From assembly GCA_963790805.1 (NCBI GenBank), contig CAWBPL010000002.1:825814-889813 (forward strand): a DNA stretch of 64,000 bases, given 5' to 3'. Positions 47,793 to 60,071 of the stretch are shown in pieces. Under the pieces are notes generated by a model. It made no database searches and had not been told where the DNA came from. It was given only the letters and a program-made list of their open reading frames with translations. This DNA is from Candidatus Gottesmanbacteria bacterium. GTDB lineage: Bacteria; Patescibacteriota; Microgenomatia; UBA10105; UBA927. The position numbers and the translations under genes were made by a program. Each line of letters starts with the position of its first letter. The stretch's first letter is position 1.

Positions 47793-49805
47793 ATGCAGCT
47801 TATTATTGTCGAATCACCGACAAAAGCAAAAACATTATCCCGATTCTTGGGCGATAGCTATACCGTGATCGCGACCATGGGACACGTGCGTGATTTACCC
47901 AAAGCGGAACTGGGGGTTGATGTGGAGAAGAATTTTGCTCCCCGCTATATCGTTCCCCGAGACAAAGCCAAGCGGGCAAGTGAACTGAAAGAGCTTGCAG
48001 CTAATGCGGATACCATCATTTTAGCGACTGATCCTGACCGTGAAGGAGAAGCGATCGCATGGCACGTGCGCGAACTTTTCCAACAGAAGACGTCAAAAAA
48101 ATCCGTACCCTCTACAACGCCCTTTAAACGAATTGCATTTCACGAGATTACCGAGGGAGCGATTAAAGACGCGCTTGCCAATCCGCGCGAGATAGATTTG
48201 AAGCTTGTTGATGCACAGCAGGCGCGCCGCATTCTGGACCGGCTGGTCGGTTACAAACTTTCACCGCTTCTCTGGAAAAAATTATCGAAACGATGGCTTA
48301 GTGCTGGTCGCGTGCAATCGGTTGCAGTTCGCCTTATCGTTGAACGCGAGCGCGAGATTGAAAAATTTACCAAACAGGAATACTGGACCATCGAGGGAAT
48401 TTTTAATGCCCACAATCAGGCGATTGTGGCAGAACTTTCGGCAAAGGACGGAGTGAAATATGAAGAAACTCTGACGTTTAATTTATTTGACGGCACGTAT
48501 ACGACGACGAAAACATCCATCACTGATCACGCTATGGCTGGCGGAATCATCAACGACCTGAAGCCGCCGTTTACGGTATCGGCCGTTGATAAAAAAGAGA
48601 TCAAACGAAGTCCTGCCCCTCCATTTACGACGAGCACTTTGCAGCAGGATGCGGGCCGCAGGTTGTATTTTTCCGCCAAAAAAACCATGCAGCTTGCGCA
48701 AAAACTGTATGAGGAAGGGTACATTACATATCACCGCACCGACAGCGTCAATCTTTCAGAAAAATTTTTGGCGGAGGCGCAAACATTCATCAGCAAAACA
48801 TACGGAAAAGAATATCTTCCCGACGCCCCGCGCCGGTTTCAGACGAAATCCAAAGTGGCTCAGGAAGCGCATGAAGCCATACGTCCGACAAACGTGGCGC
48901 TTACCGGCGACCAGCTTGACGGAAGCGGGGAAATAAACCGTGATCACCACAGGCTCTATGAACTTATCTGGAAACGCGCGATGGCAAGTCAGGTGAAAGA
49001 GGCGATTTTTGATTCAACGACGGTTGATATTACATCATCAAACGGATACCTGTTCGAAGCGCAGGGATCCGTCGTCAAATTCGACGGATTTTTACGGATC
49101 ATGGGCCGTGACACGGATGAAGTCGTTATCCCCAGTGTTGCAGTCGGCGATACGCTTGCCTTAAATACCGCGACCCCGACGCAGCATTTTACCAATCCGC
49201 CGCCGCGATACACTGAGGCGAGCTTGGTCAAAACGCTTGAAGAAAAAGATATCGGCAGACCTTCCACGTATGCCCCGATTATTTCAACCATTCAGGAACG
49301 CCAGTATGTGGTGCGTGAGGAAAAAAAGCTGGTGCCCACCGATTTAGGCAAATCGGTTACTGATTTTCTTGTCCAGTATTTTCCCAACATTATGGATTTA
49401 CCCTTCACGGCGCGCCTTGAGGACGAACTGGACGCGATAGCCAATGGAGATCGCGAATGGCCGCCGGTTATCGCCGAATTTTACGAACCGTTTGAAAAAG
49501 ATTTAACGACCAGTTATGACACTGCCGAAAAAGTGAAAGTGGCAGTTGAGGAGTTGGGGGAGCCCTGTCCGACGTGCGGTCATCCGCTCGTCATCCGCGT
49601 CGGACGCTATGGAAAATTCGTCGCGTGCAGCACGTTTCCGGCGTGTAAATATACGCGCCAGTATGCCGAAAAAATCGACATGAAATGTCCGCGCTGCGGG
49701 GGAGACATCGTCATCAAAAAAAGTAGAAGAGGTAAAACATTTTACGGCTGTAGCAACTATCCCACCTGCAACTTCGCCGCGTGGAAAAAAGAAGATATAA
49801 AATAA
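47793..49805 (+). CDS. topA: DNA topoisomerase I with C-terminal zinc ribbons.
   Basis: It has a TOPRIM domain (LIIVESPTKAKT) and two C-terminal CxxC...CxxC motifs. Confidence 0.95.
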   Translation: MQLIIVESPTKAKTLSRFLGDSYTVIATMGHVRDLPKAELGVDVEKNFAPRYIVPRDKAKRASELKELAANADTIILATDPDREGEAIAWHVRELFQQKTSKKSVPSTTPFKRIAFHEITEGAIKDALANPREIDLKLVDAQQARRILDRLVGYKLSPLLWKKLSKRWLSAGRVQSVAVRLIVEREREIEKFTKQEYWTIEGIFNAHNQAIVAELSAKDGVKYEETLTFNLFDGTYTTTKTSITDHAMAGGIINDLKPPFTVSAVDKKEIKRSPAPPFTTSTLQQDAGRRLYFSAKKTMQLAQKLYEEGYITYHRTDSVNLSEKFLAEAQTFISKTYGKEYLPDAPRRFQTKSKVAQEAHEAIRPTNVALTGDQLDGSGEINRDHHRLYELIWKRAMASQVKEAIFDSTTVDITSSNGYLFEAQGSVVKFDGFLRIMGRDTDEVVIPSVAVGDTLALNTATPTQHFTNPPPRYTEASLVKTLEEKDIGRPSTYAPIISTIQERQYVVREEKKLVPTDLGKSVTDFLVQYFPNIMDLPFTARLEDELDAIANGDREWPPVIAEFYEPFEKDLTTSYDTAEKVKVAVEELGEPCPTCGHPLVIRVGRYGKFVACSTFPACKYTRQYAEKIDMKCPRCGGDIVIKKSRRGKTFYGCSNYPTCNFAAWKKEDIK

Positions 49806-49854
49806 CAGGCTTCCATATTTGACTATTGTTATCACTCGAGGCTAAGATAAAGGT

Positions 49855-50088
49855 ATGGACGATCGCAAGCGGACGCTGGCGGCAATAACTGTCATTTTCG
49901 GTGTTCTTATTCTTGTTGCTGTGATAGTCGGAATTTTGGTGACGCAAAAGCAGGTGCTTTCTCCCGTCCCTGAGGATAACGCCATAAAAATTATTTTCGT
50001 CTCTCCGTCTCCGGTGGAGTCTATCTCACCGTCGACAACCCCAACTCCCACTACAACGGCGAAAGCATCCTCCACGAAAACACAGTAA
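49855..50088 (+). CDS. Small membrane-anchored hypothetical protein with a PT tail.
   Basis: 77-aa ORF with a TM segment and TPTPTTT. Confidence 0.3.
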   Translation: MDDRKRTLAAITVIFGVLILVAVIVGILVTQKQVLSPVPEDNAIKIIFVSPSPVESISPSTTPTPTTTAKASSTKTQ

Positions 50089-50097
50089 ACTATATCT

Positions 50098-50646
50098 ATG
50101 TCACTTCTTCAATCTCTTGATATCTCTCTTTTTTTAGCGATTAACCATTTGCCGCACCCCTCAATCGTTAACGATCTTGCAAGATTTTTATCCGGCATCG
50201 GACAATGGGGAGCGATATGGTTTATCCTCGCCGTTATCCTTTTTTTCCGCGAGGAAAAGCGTGACCACTGGTTTTTTGCGCCGTTTATCTTTTCGAGCAT
50301 CATCGGATGGGTAGTATCGGAAGTGATACTTAAATGGCTTGTCCGGCGTCCGAGACCCTCTGTGGATATCGGTGCAATTATTCTGACTAAGCCCGGAAAT
50401 TTTTCATTCCCCTCGACCCATGCGACGCTTGCATGGGCTATGGCGTATTTACTTTCGCGGGAAGAACCGCGCCTCCGGTGGCTTTTTTATACGTTGGCCA
50501 TTTGTATTTGTCTGTCGCGGATTTATCTGGGTGTTCATTTTCCGACGGACATTATAGCCGGTGGTTTGATCGGTTGGGGAATCGGCTGGAGTGCCGTACA
50601 ATTGGATCATATATTGAATGTAAAGAAAAAAAGGGCGCGGCGCTGA
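50098..50646 (+). CDS. PAP2-family phosphatase (undecaprenyl-diphosphatase / PgpB-like).
   Basis: RRPRP, PSTH and SRIYLGVHFPTD are the three PAP2 motifs. Confidence 0.75.
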   Translation: MSLLQSLDISLFLAINHLPHPSIVNDLARFLSGIGQWGAIWFILAVILFFREEKRDHWFFAPFIFSSIIGWVVSEVILKWLVRRPRPSVDIGAIILTKPGNFSFPSTHATLAWAMAYLLSREEPRLRWLFYTLAICICLSRIYLGVHFPTDIIAGGLIGWGIGWSAVQLDHILNVKKKRARR

Positions 50647-50660
50647 TATATAATACGCAA

Positions 50661-51194
50661 ATGATAAAACTTAATGCCAAAGAACTCCGCACGTTGCCGG
50701 TAGATCCCGAAGCGGCCAAGTCTATCAAAAAAAATCCAGTTACGATCATTCTTGATAATGTACTGGATACGTATAATGTAGGTTCGATTTTCCGGTTGGC
50801 CGATGCCATCGCTGCTGAAAAGGTCATCCTTTGCGGGGCTACGTTAACTCCTCCAAATTCACGGATTAAGAAAGCATCAATTAACACATGGCAATGGGTT
50901 ACTTGGGAATATTGTCCGACTGCCAAAGAGGCAGTTGGAAAACTCAAAATTCAAAATCCAAAAATCAAAATAATTGCTGTGGAACAGGATAAGAGAAGCA
51001 AACCGTTTAATCAGGCGACGTATGAATTACCGTTGGCAATTGTTGTAGGCAATGAAACAAACGGTGTTTCTTCCGATGTTCTTGATGTATCCGATTTGAT
51101 CGTTGAAATGCCCATGTGGGGAGTAAATAAAAGTTTAAATGTTATGGTGAGCTGCGGAATAATTCTCTACGAAATTATGAAGCAAAAACGTTGA
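50661..51194 (+). CDS. SpoU/TrmH-family RNA 2'-O-methyltransferase (start reassigned to the internal Met).
   Basis: NVGSIFR, VGNETNG and MPMWGVNKSLNV are the SPOUT motifs. Confidence 0.8.
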   Translation: MIKLNAKELRTLPVDPEAAKSIKKNPVTIILDNVLDTYNVGSIFRLADAIAAEKVILCGATLTPPNSRIKKASINTWQWVTWEYCPTAKEAVGKLKIQNPKIKIIAVEQDKRSKPFNQATYELPLAIVVGNETNGVSSDVLDVSDLIVEMPMWGVNKSLNVMVSCGIILYEIMKQKR

Positions 51195-51198
51195 CAGT

Positions 51199-52182
51199 AT
51201 GTCTATGAAGCCGTGGTTTAAAATTATTTTAGTTTCCCTTGTTGCAGTGGAATGTTTACTACTATTTGTTGTTGTCAAAATGATCCATCAGCGATCCAAC
51301 GTGTTAGGTGCACAAAGCATCATTCATTTAAATAAAAAAGATTATGTTTTTCCTCAAAATTATAGCGCGTTAACGCATTACTTTGAACCAAAACCGGGCG
51401 AATCGGCAGCCAATTATGCACCATGGACTCCGGAAAAAGCATACGCCTCTATAAATAATGACGGACTAAATAGTGTAAACAATTACACGACGGATAAACC
51501 GCCAAAAACGTTCCGGATTATTGCTTTAGGTGACTCTTTTACCTATGGTATGTATGTCAATACGAAAGATACTTGGCCGTCTGATTTAGAGAATCTGTTG
51601 CGTACCACCGTTCAATGCCCCTCGTATGATAATTTTGACGTGATTAATCTGGGTGTTCCTGCGTATGATTTGTTATATGAAAAAACCAGACTGATTCGTA
51701 AAGGATTAAAATATGATCCTGATCTTGTATTATGGATGGTCGTTTCCAATGATTTTAATGAAGTCTATGAATTAATGGCAGATACGCGAGATGATATAGC
51801 AAAAAAAGAGTTTCCTGCAGATATTTATGACCTTCCTGACGGATATGGTAAAGTAATGGAGCGTGTGGTACAGGAATTTCAAAAAACTCATTCGGCGAAG
51901 TGGTGGAATTCGTATTATACGAATGTCCTGAACGATTACTACGGTGCGTATAAGGGAAAAACCGTGTTTCTGGGTTTAGCGGGTTTTGATACATATGAAT
52001 CTACGCTGCAAGCGCTTGTATCGAAGAGACCTCAAACAACCATCGATACTGAATTAGATTCAATTTATCAAGATACCACAAACCAATTTCTTGACGGCCA
52101 TCCCGATAAAAAGGGAAATCAATTATTCGCACAGTCCATTGTTAATTATTTAATGACAAACCACATTATTCCATGCAACTAA
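51199..52182 (+). CDS. SGNH/GDSL-family hydrolase, membrane-anchored.
   Basis: IIALGDSFTYG is block I. DGHP lies near the C-terminus (block V). Confidence 0.7.
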   Translation: MSMKPWFKIILVSLVAVECLLLFVVVKMIHQRSNVLGAQSIIHLNKKDYVFPQNYSALTHYFEPKPGESAANYAPWTPEKAYASINNDGLNSVNNYTTDKPPKTFRIIALGDSFTYGMYVNTKDTWPSDLENLLRTTVQCPSYDNFDVINLGVPAYDLLYEKTRLIRKGLKYDPDLVLWMVVSNDFNEVYELMADTRDDIAKKEFPADIYDLPDGYGKVMERVVQEFQKTHSAKWWNSYYTNVLNDYYGAYKGKTVFLGLAGFDTYESTLQALVSKRPQTTIDTELDSIYQDTTNQFLDGHPDKKGNQLFAQSIVNYLMTNHIIPCN

Positions 52183-52880
52183 CACGTTTATTTAAGGTTG
52201 TATTTATGAAAAGACTGATCATAATAGTTTCGATTGTTTGTTTAGTATTGTTTTATTTTTTTAGCCGTGAAGTGAAACGCGGTTTTTTGCATCAGGCGGA
52301 TTTCAACACGACGGTACGGATTCAGGATGAGATTGACCGGTCGACCCGATTGCGGCTGGCCGCTCTTATAAACAATGTGTTTGAGGGGTCAACCGTGTCG
52401 GCGAGCCCGCAGGTTTCGGCCGCGTTTGTGGGATTACTGACAATAGCCGCTCTGTACGATTGGAAAAAGAAGCAGATCCGATGGCGCGCGCTTGCGATAC
52501 CGGTGTTTTTTGCCCTGCTGACTCTCGGGGAGGTCTACGGCAAAAGCGTCGTGACCCATCCGGCTCCGCCGTTTTTTATGATCAAACACCCGACGACGAT
52601 ATTTCCGCAGTTTTACATCAATGAACAATATTCCTATCCCTCCGGTCACACCGCGCGGGCAACGTTTGTGGGAATTGTTTTCCTGCCCGTTGTTGCCGGC
52701 TATATATCACGTACGAGAAAGAACCTGAAGAAATGGTTTACGCTCGCGGGGATCGTGTGTCTTTATGTTTTGGTTGTTGCTACGGGAAAAATTTATCTCG
52801 GGGAACATTGGCTGAGCGACATTATCGGCGGAGGCTTGCTTGGAACATCACTGGGATTGATAGCTGTCGCTTTTCGTTAA
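52173..52880 (+). CDS. PAP2-family phosphatase. The start is probably near 52206.
   Basis: The PAP2 motifs YPSGHTARA and GKIYLGEHWLSD are present. Confidence 0.7.
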   Translation: MQLTRLFKVVFMKRLIIIVSIVCLVLFYFFSREVKRGFLHQADFNTTVRIQDEIDRSTRLRLAALINNVFEGSTVSASPQVSAAFVGLLTIAALYDWKKKQIRWRALAIPVFFALLTLGEVYGKSVVTHPAPPFFMIKHPTTIFPQFYINEQYSYPSGHTARATFVGIVFLPVVAGYISRTRKNLKKWFTLAGIVCLYVLVVATGKIYLGEHWLSDIIGGGLLGTSLGLIAVAFR

Positions 52881-54091
52881 CCCGTTTTTTTGACGAGTCC
52901 CAGATATATTTCTTCCAGTTTGTGAAGAACCGTCGGTTTATGATGGTTTAAACTTATTTTGCGGCTTTCTTCGCCGAATTTTTTCCGGAGTTTTTCATCT
53001 TTGGCCATGAGATCCATTTTTTGAGCAAATCCGTTTACGTCATCAGCTTTGATGAGAAATCCGTTTTCATTATCGTGGACCAGCTCGGGCAGTGCTCCGG
53101 CATTGGCGGCGATAACCGGCAGGCCTATGGCTAGTGCCTGAAGCGTCACGATGCTTTGGCTTTCAACCGGCGAGGGAATGACAAAACAGTCAACCGAACG
53201 GTAGACTTGAATCATTTCCGCTTCGGTAAGTTTGCCGATAAATGTAACTTTTTCTTCCACTCCCAGCTGTTTTGCCAATTTCACGAGTACCGATTGTTCT
53301 TTGCCGAATCCGGCGATGACAAGATGTATGTTCGGGCCGGTTTTTGTCATTGCGCGGATGGCGATATCGATATGTTTGTCTTTATCAATCCGCCCGAGAT
53401 AGGCAAACAGAATTTTATGCGACGGAAGCGAATACGTTTTTTTTGCGTTTTTATCCGGTGGCTTCGGAAAAAAAGTATTCGTATCTATGCCGTTTGAGAT
53501 TGCATACACCGGCACATGGATGCCTTCACTTCTAAGATATTTCACCATGGTTTCAGTCGGCGTCATAACCGAATCGTAAAAGTTATATACCGCACGCGTA
53601 ATGCCGATGGCGACAAGCATGCCAATTTTGAAAAAAGGACCGAAAAACGTTGCAACCTGTTGGGGCATGGTGTGTTGAGCCCCGACCGTCGGAATATGCA
53701 TCATTTTGGCGATAATAAGAGCGGTTATGCCTATTGATCCCGGTTCCTGAATGTGGATGATATCAAATCGATTGGTATGGAGCGTTTTCCAGATCGTTGG
53801 AAAACCGAGAGGGAATATTGACATGGGTTTATCTGCAAAGATCGGATCTTTGACTGAGGGAGTTGTGATAACGCGAAGTCCAGGAATAAGCTCTACTTTT
53901 CCTTTTATAACGGGGTGCGGAGCAATAATTGTAACAGTGTGTCCTTCCGATATCATGTATCGTGCAATAGAATCCGTGGAATTGGCAACGCCCGAGATGG
54001 TCGGAAAATACGTTTCGGTGACGATAAGGATATTCATGATTATATCTACAATACTATAAATTGGTAAATTCTGCTCGTTTTCGTTGTACAA
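52877..54091 (-). CDS. GT4-family glycosyltransferase. The start is possibly the internal Met near 54037.
   Basis: A C-terminal E-x7-E-like region (SPVESQSIVTLQALAIGLPVIAANAGALPELV) typical of GT4. Confidence 0.8.
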   Translation of the reverse strand: MYNENEQNLPIYSIVDIIMNILIVTETYFPTISGVANSTDSIARYMISEGHTVTIIAPHPVIKGKVELIPGLRVITTPSVKDPIFADKPMSIFPLGFPTIWKTLHTNRFDIIHIQEPGSIGITALIIAKMMHIPTVGAQHTMPQQVATFFGPFFKIGMLVAIGITRAVYNFYDSVMTPTETMVKYLRSEGIHVPVYAISNGIDTNTFFPKPPDKNAKKTYSLPSHKILFAYLGRIDKDKHIDIAIRAMTKTGPNIHLVIAGFGKEQSVLVKLAKQLGVEEKVTFIGKLTEAEMIQVYRSVDCFVIPSPVESQSIVTLQALAIGLPVIAANAGALPELVHDNENGFLIKADDVNGFAQKMDLMAKDEKLRKKFGEESRKISLNHHKPTVLHKLEEIYLGLVKKTG

Positions 54092-54099
54092 TGTGCATT

Positions 54100-54777
54100 A
54101 TGAATAGAACGATCCTGTTTTTTCGCCACGGCGAAACGCAGTTTCCCATTGATGAGAAGACCAAACAAACGCTCAATTATGGTCCGGAAGATCCTTTAAC
54201 ACAGGCGGGTGAGGCCGATGTTTCTCTCGTGGGTGAAAGAGTCGCAACGTTGTTACCCGATATGCCAAAACACATGTTTGTCAGTCCATATCGCCGTGCG
54301 AAACAGTCTGCAACTATCCTTCAACGTTGGCTTCAATTTCCTGAAATCCATTATGATTCGGACTTGCGGGAAGTTGATACACCTACATTTGTCGGGAAGG
54401 TGGCAGGGTCAAACCCAAAAAATATTTATCAGGAACCGCTTCCACCGGGACATGAGTCATTAGCGCAGGTTGCCAAGAGGGGATCGCGTGCATTCCATAG
54501 AATACTCGATGAATATTCAGCTGAGCCTGTTATCGCGGTAGTCGGTCACCGCGATCCGATTCTTACGATGGTTTATGAAATGGTGCATCCCGATGCTCCA
54601 ATTCCGCTATCGAGAGAGGGTTTACTTCCCGATCTGGGTTTTGAGCGAGGAGATGCACTCCTTTTTGTTGAAAAACAGGGCCGGTATCTTTTGGAAGCGC
54701 ATATCGTTGTTGATGAAATACGTCGTTTACTCCAAGAAGGCCAATCATCAGCGAATGGTCCAGAAAATATCAAATAA
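54100..54777 (+). CDS. Histidine phosphatase superfamily protein (phosphoglycerate-mutase-like). The start was taken at an internal Met.
   Basis: LFFRHGETQ is the RHGE catalytic motif. Confidence 0.65.
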   Translation: MNRTILFFRHGETQFPIDEKTKQTLNYGPEDPLTQAGEADVSLVGERVATLLPDMPKHMFVSPYRRAKQSATILQRWLQFPEIHYDSDLREVDTPTFVGKVAGSNPKNIYQEPLPPGHESLAQVAKRGSRAFHRILDEYSAEPVIAVVGHRDPILTMVYEMVHPDAPIPLSREGLLPDLGFERGDALLFVEKQGRYLLEAHIVVDEIRRLLQEGQSSANGPENIK

Positions 54778-54911
54778 TTATTCCGGAGAAAACAATGAAA
54801 TGCATCGGACGCCATTCGTTGCCGGAGGGCCTATTGACTCTCAATATAATCTCCCGTATAATCTAAATCAATGAGTGACTAGAGCTGACCATTGGTATTT
54901 GGGACTCGAGA

Positions 54912-54936
54912 CCCCGACCGATTGGTCGGGTTTTTT
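54912..54936 (+). terminator. Rho-independent terminator.
   Basis: ccccgaccgattggtcgggtttttt. Confidence 0.6.
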
Positions 54937-55099
54937 GTCCCTTAGTTACTTCGCTCCTCAGGGCAAGCTCCTTGAATATCAAGAGGTTTACCCTGAGCAA
55001 ATTCTTATTTGCGAAGAGCACTTTAACAATTTCATAAGCAGCTAAATTATATTTGACAATTGAATGGTGATAGGAATCCACTCCGATCAAATCGGAGAA

Positions 55100-56706
<1,607 letters not shown>

Positions 56707-56907
56707 ATTTTTTAAAAATCAGTGTCATTAAGAAAATACACACCGCAAGGTACAAGGTTTTCAAGATGGGGCTGATATCCACGTCTCTTGAGAGAGACGT
56801 ATATAAATAAAATCGCATTTTAGATCCCTCATTCTGATGTACAGATGAGGTAGCGATTCTCTCAAATTTTTGGTTTTTCTATCACCATTGAGTTGTCAAA
56901 CAAATCT

Positions 56908-56934
56908 TCCCTCCGCAAGCGGAGGGATTTTTGT
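56908..56934 (+). terminator. Rho-independent terminator about 200 nt after the 16S 3' end.
   Basis: tccctccgcaagcggagggatttttgt. Confidence 0.65.
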
Positions 56935-56959
56935 GGCTATTTCACCATTTCTTTTCTGT

Positions 56960-56969
56960 GGTATACTCG
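56960..56969 (+). promoter_or_regulatory. Extended -10 promoter element (TGgTATACT) upstream of the serine-hydrolase gene.
   Basis: tgtggtatact lies 13 nt before ATG 56982. Confidence 0.3.
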
Positions 56970-56981
56970 TCATACATCAGT

Positions 56982-57968
56982 ATGAAATTTTGGCAATCGG
57001 TCGTACGTGTTTTGGCGTTCGTTGCCATTGGATTTGCATTGGGATTTGTATATTCCCAGTGGCGAGCAGGAAAACCTATCGTTATAAGTTCAAAAGAAGT
57101 GCGCCAGGGCGGCTATCACTTTATAAGCCCGCTGTTGGAATGTGAAGATTCTCAAGAACTCGCTCCGTCACTTAACTCCGTAAAAAATACGGTGAATGAT
57201 ATCGTTTCTTCCCATATAAAGTCCGGCGATGCAACAGTCGTATCCGTCTATTTTCGGGATTTGAATAACGGGCCGTGGTTTGGGGTCAATATGGATGCTC
57301 CCTTTTCTCCGGCGAGTCTTCTCAAATTACCGCTTCTTATGTCTTATCTTCAGCAGAATGAATCGGATCCGACATTCCTCACCAAAACTGTCACGTTTAA
57401 GACGGATCAGGATTATGATGCAAGTGAAACGGTTATCGACGGACCGGATTTAGCACAGGGAAAACAATACACAATCGAACAATTACTGGAATATATGGTG
57501 GAATATTCGAGCAATAATGCAGCGTATTTTCTGTTTAACTATTTGAATCAAAATCAGATTAATCAAGTTTACCGCGACTTAAATCTGCCCATTTTGAGCG
57601 GATCGGTGACAACCTATACCATGACCGTCAGAGATTATTCGTCATTTCTCCGGATTCTCTATAACGCATCGTATTTATCAAAACAGTCCTCGGAGCGAGC
57701 CCTCGAACTTTTGTCTCATGCATCGTATACCGACGGACTGGTTGCCGGTGTACCAAAAAACACTGTAGTGGCGCATAAATTCGGAGAGCGGATATTTCAG
57801 AATGCGACAGAGCGGGAACTTCATGATTGCGGTATCGTATATTATCCCGGCCAACCGTATCTTCTGTGTGTCATGACACAGGGAACTGATTCCTCACGTT
57901 TAACCAAAACGATTGCGGATATATCCACAGTTGTATATAGAGAAGTGAAGAAGCTGGCGAGTAACTGA
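56982..57968 (+). CDS. Beta-lactamase-class-A-like serine hydrolase. The start was moved to the internal Met because the listed start lies inside the terminator hairpin.
   Basis: ASLLK (SxxK), SNN (SxN) and HKFG (KxG-like) resemble the three serine beta-lactamase/PBP motifs. Confidence 0.55.
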   Translation: MKFWQSVVRVLAFVAIGFALGFVYSQWRAGKPIVISSKEVRQGGYHFISPLLECEDSQELAPSLNSVKNTVNDIVSSHIKSGDATVVSVYFRDLNNGPWFGVNMDAPFSPASLLKLPLLMSYLQQNESDPTFLTKTVTFKTDQDYDASETVIDGPDLAQGKQYTIEQLLEYMVEYSSNNAAYFLFNYLNQNQINQVYRDLNLPILSGSVTTYTMTVRDYSSFLRILYNASYLSKQSSERALELLSHASYTDGLVAGVPKNTVVAHKFGERIFQNATERELHDCGIVYYPGQPYLLCVMTQGTDSSRLTKTIADISTVVYREVKKLASN

Positions 57969-57981
57969 GTTTTGATAAATC

Positions 57982-59103
57982 ATGCGTAATCCGGTATTAT
58001 TAGAACCACCTATGGATGGCTTCAATTTACGTATCCCCGGACCGACACCGCTGCCACCCGAAGTTATCAAAGCTCTCACAACTCCAATGATTTCGCACCG
58101 CGGCAGTGAATACGTAGCACTTCACAATGAGACGGTCTCGATGGCAAAAAAGTTTTTCCAAACTCAAAACGATCTGTTTTTATTTACCTGTTCGGGGACC
58201 GGCATGATGGAAGCGAGTATCGTAAATACGCTTTCGCCGGCTGATAAGGTTTTGGGGGTATCGATCGGATTGTTCGGCGACCGGTTTATGAACGTAGCAA
58301 AAGCTATGGGGATGGATTTGACGGAATTGTCCTTTCCGATGGGAGAAGCGGCGGACCCCAAAGAAGTCGCCAGAGCATATAAAGATATCAGAGGTTGTAA
58401 AGCGGTAATCATTACTCATAATGAAACGTCAACTGCGATTACCAACGATATTGCCGTAATTACAAAAGAAGTACGCAAATACGGTGATCCGCTTTTTTTA
58501 GTCGATTCGGTTTCCGGCATGGGAAATATAGATTTGCCCGTTGATACGCTAAAACTCGACGTCGTTTTTACGTCATCCCAGAAAGCGTGGATGACCCCGC
58601 CGGGACTGGCGCTGGTCGCAGTCAGTAAAAAAGCGTGGGAGGCAGGTAAATCCGCGAAATGTCGCCGATATTATTTCGATTTTGCCCACATGAAAAAGTA
58701 TGCCGGTCGCGGCCAAACACCGGAAACACCCGCCGTATCAACGATTTTCGCCCTCAACGCGGCGCTTAAAACCATGCTCGCGCGCGGTGTTGCTGAGACG
58801 TTTGACTATTATAAAGAAATGGCCGCGTATACACGAAGGTCTCTTATCGAAAACGGATTTACCTTATTTGGAGATCAGAAGCACGCGAGCAATACCGTGA
58901 GCGCCTGTTTGGTGCCGGAGGGTGTTATGGATAAGGATTTTCGAGGCTTGATCAAAAAGAAATACGGCGTTGTTTTATCCGGCGGTAAAGGTGAAATGGA
59001 AGGGAAAATTGTACGTGTCGCCCATATGGGGTGGGTAACCCGCGAAGACATCGATGAGGTTGTTGAAGCAATGGTTATGGCAAGACGCGATCTTGCAAAA
59101 TAA
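57982..59103 (+). CDS. Class-V PLP-dependent aminotransferase (serine-glyoxylate / phosphoserine aminotransferase-like).
   Basis: FTSSQKAW is the class V lysine motif. It is co-operonic with a phosphoglycerate dehydrogenase. Confidence 0.75.
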   Translation: MRNPVLLEPPMDGFNLRIPGPTPLPPEVIKALTTPMISHRGSEYVALHNETVSMAKKFFQTQNDLFLFTCSGTGMMEASIVNTLSPADKVLGVSIGLFGDRFMNVAKAMGMDLTELSFPMGEAADPKEVARAYKDIRGCKAVIITHNETSTAITNDIAVITKEVRKYGDPLFLVDSVSGMGNIDLPVDTLKLDVVFTSSQKAWMTPPGLALVAVSKKAWEAGKSAKCRRYYFDFAHMKKYAGRGQTPETPAVSTIFALNAALKTMLARGVAETFDYYKEMAAYTRRSLIENGFTLFGDQKHASNTVSACLVPEGVMDKDFRGLIKKKYGVVLSGGKGEMEGKIVRVAHMGWVTREDIDEVVEAMVMARRDLAK

Positions 59104-59108
59104 AATGT

Positions 59109-60071
59109 ATGGAAAGCATGAATGTTCTTATCGCTGATGAAATCGGACAAAATGGAATAACATATTTGACGTCCAATGGATGCAGTGTTGATACCCGGTT
59201 TTCCATTTCCGACAAAGAATTAGTTTCAGCGATTGCTTTGTATGATGCACTTATCGTACGCGGCCGCACTATAGTAACCAGCCAGATTATTGATGCCGGA
59301 AAGCGGCTGAAAGTTATCGCCCGTGCAGGGTCGGGCGTCGACAATATCGACATGGATGCCGCACGCGCGAGAAATATTCCCGTTGTCAATGCGCGTGGAG
59401 CCAACGCCGAGGCGGTTGCCGAACATGCTTTTGCCTTTATCCTTATGTTGGCACGCAACATGTTTCCTGCTGTTCGCGCTCTCTCAAAAGGCGAGTGGAC
59501 GAAAAAAACATTTACCGCCATGGAGCTGGAAGGAAAAACATTGGGTATTGTGGGGCTTGGAGCAATCGGCAATCGCGTTGCTCAGTTGGGGCGTGCGTTT
59601 GGCATGGCTGTCGTTGCCTATACTCGTACCACGGAGGGTGAGAAGTATAAACAGATTCAGATATTAGGTGGCCGGTTTGTGGGTCTCGATGAGCTTCTCC
59701 GGCTTTCGGATGTGGTGAGCCTCCATGTTCCGTCGACTCCGGAAACTAAACATTTGATCGGAAAAAATGAATTCTCGCTCATGAAAAAGTCCGCATATCT
59801 TGTAAATACATCGCGGGGCGATGTCGTAGATGAGATAGCGCTTATGGAAGCGTTGCGGTCCAATATCATCGCAGGTGCGGCACTTGATGTGTTTAGTGAG
59901 GAACCGTTACCACAAAATAGTGGTTTTGTAGGATTAAAAAATGTTATATTGACGCCCCACGTAGCATCCGTAAGCCACGAGGGAGCTGCTCGTATAAGTC
60001 AAATGGTGGTAGAAGATGTGGTACGTGTTTTGAAAGGTGAGCCCCCGAAACGGTTAGTATCACATGTATGA
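59109..60071 (+). CDS. serA: D-3-phosphoglycerate dehydrogenase / D-isomer 2-hydroxyacid dehydrogenase.
   Basis: GIVGLGAIGNRVA is the NAD-binding GxGxxG motif. The catalytic R/E/H region is SRGDVVDE...HVAS. Confidence 0.75.
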   Translation: MESMNVLIADEIGQNGITYLTSNGCSVDTRFSISDKELVSAIALYDALIVRGRTIVTSQIIDAGKRLKVIARAGSGVDNIDMDAARARNIPVVNARGANAEAVAEHAFAFILMLARNMFPAVRALSKGEWTKKTFTAMELEGKTLGIVGLGAIGNRVAQLGRAFGMAVVAYTRTTEGEKYKQIQILGGRFVGLDELLRLSDVVSLHVPSTPETKHLIGKNEFSLMKKSAYLVNTSRGDVVDEIALMEALRSNIIAGAALDVFSEEPLPQNSGFVGLKNVILTPHVASVSHEGAARISQMVVEDVVRVLKGEPPKRLVSHV

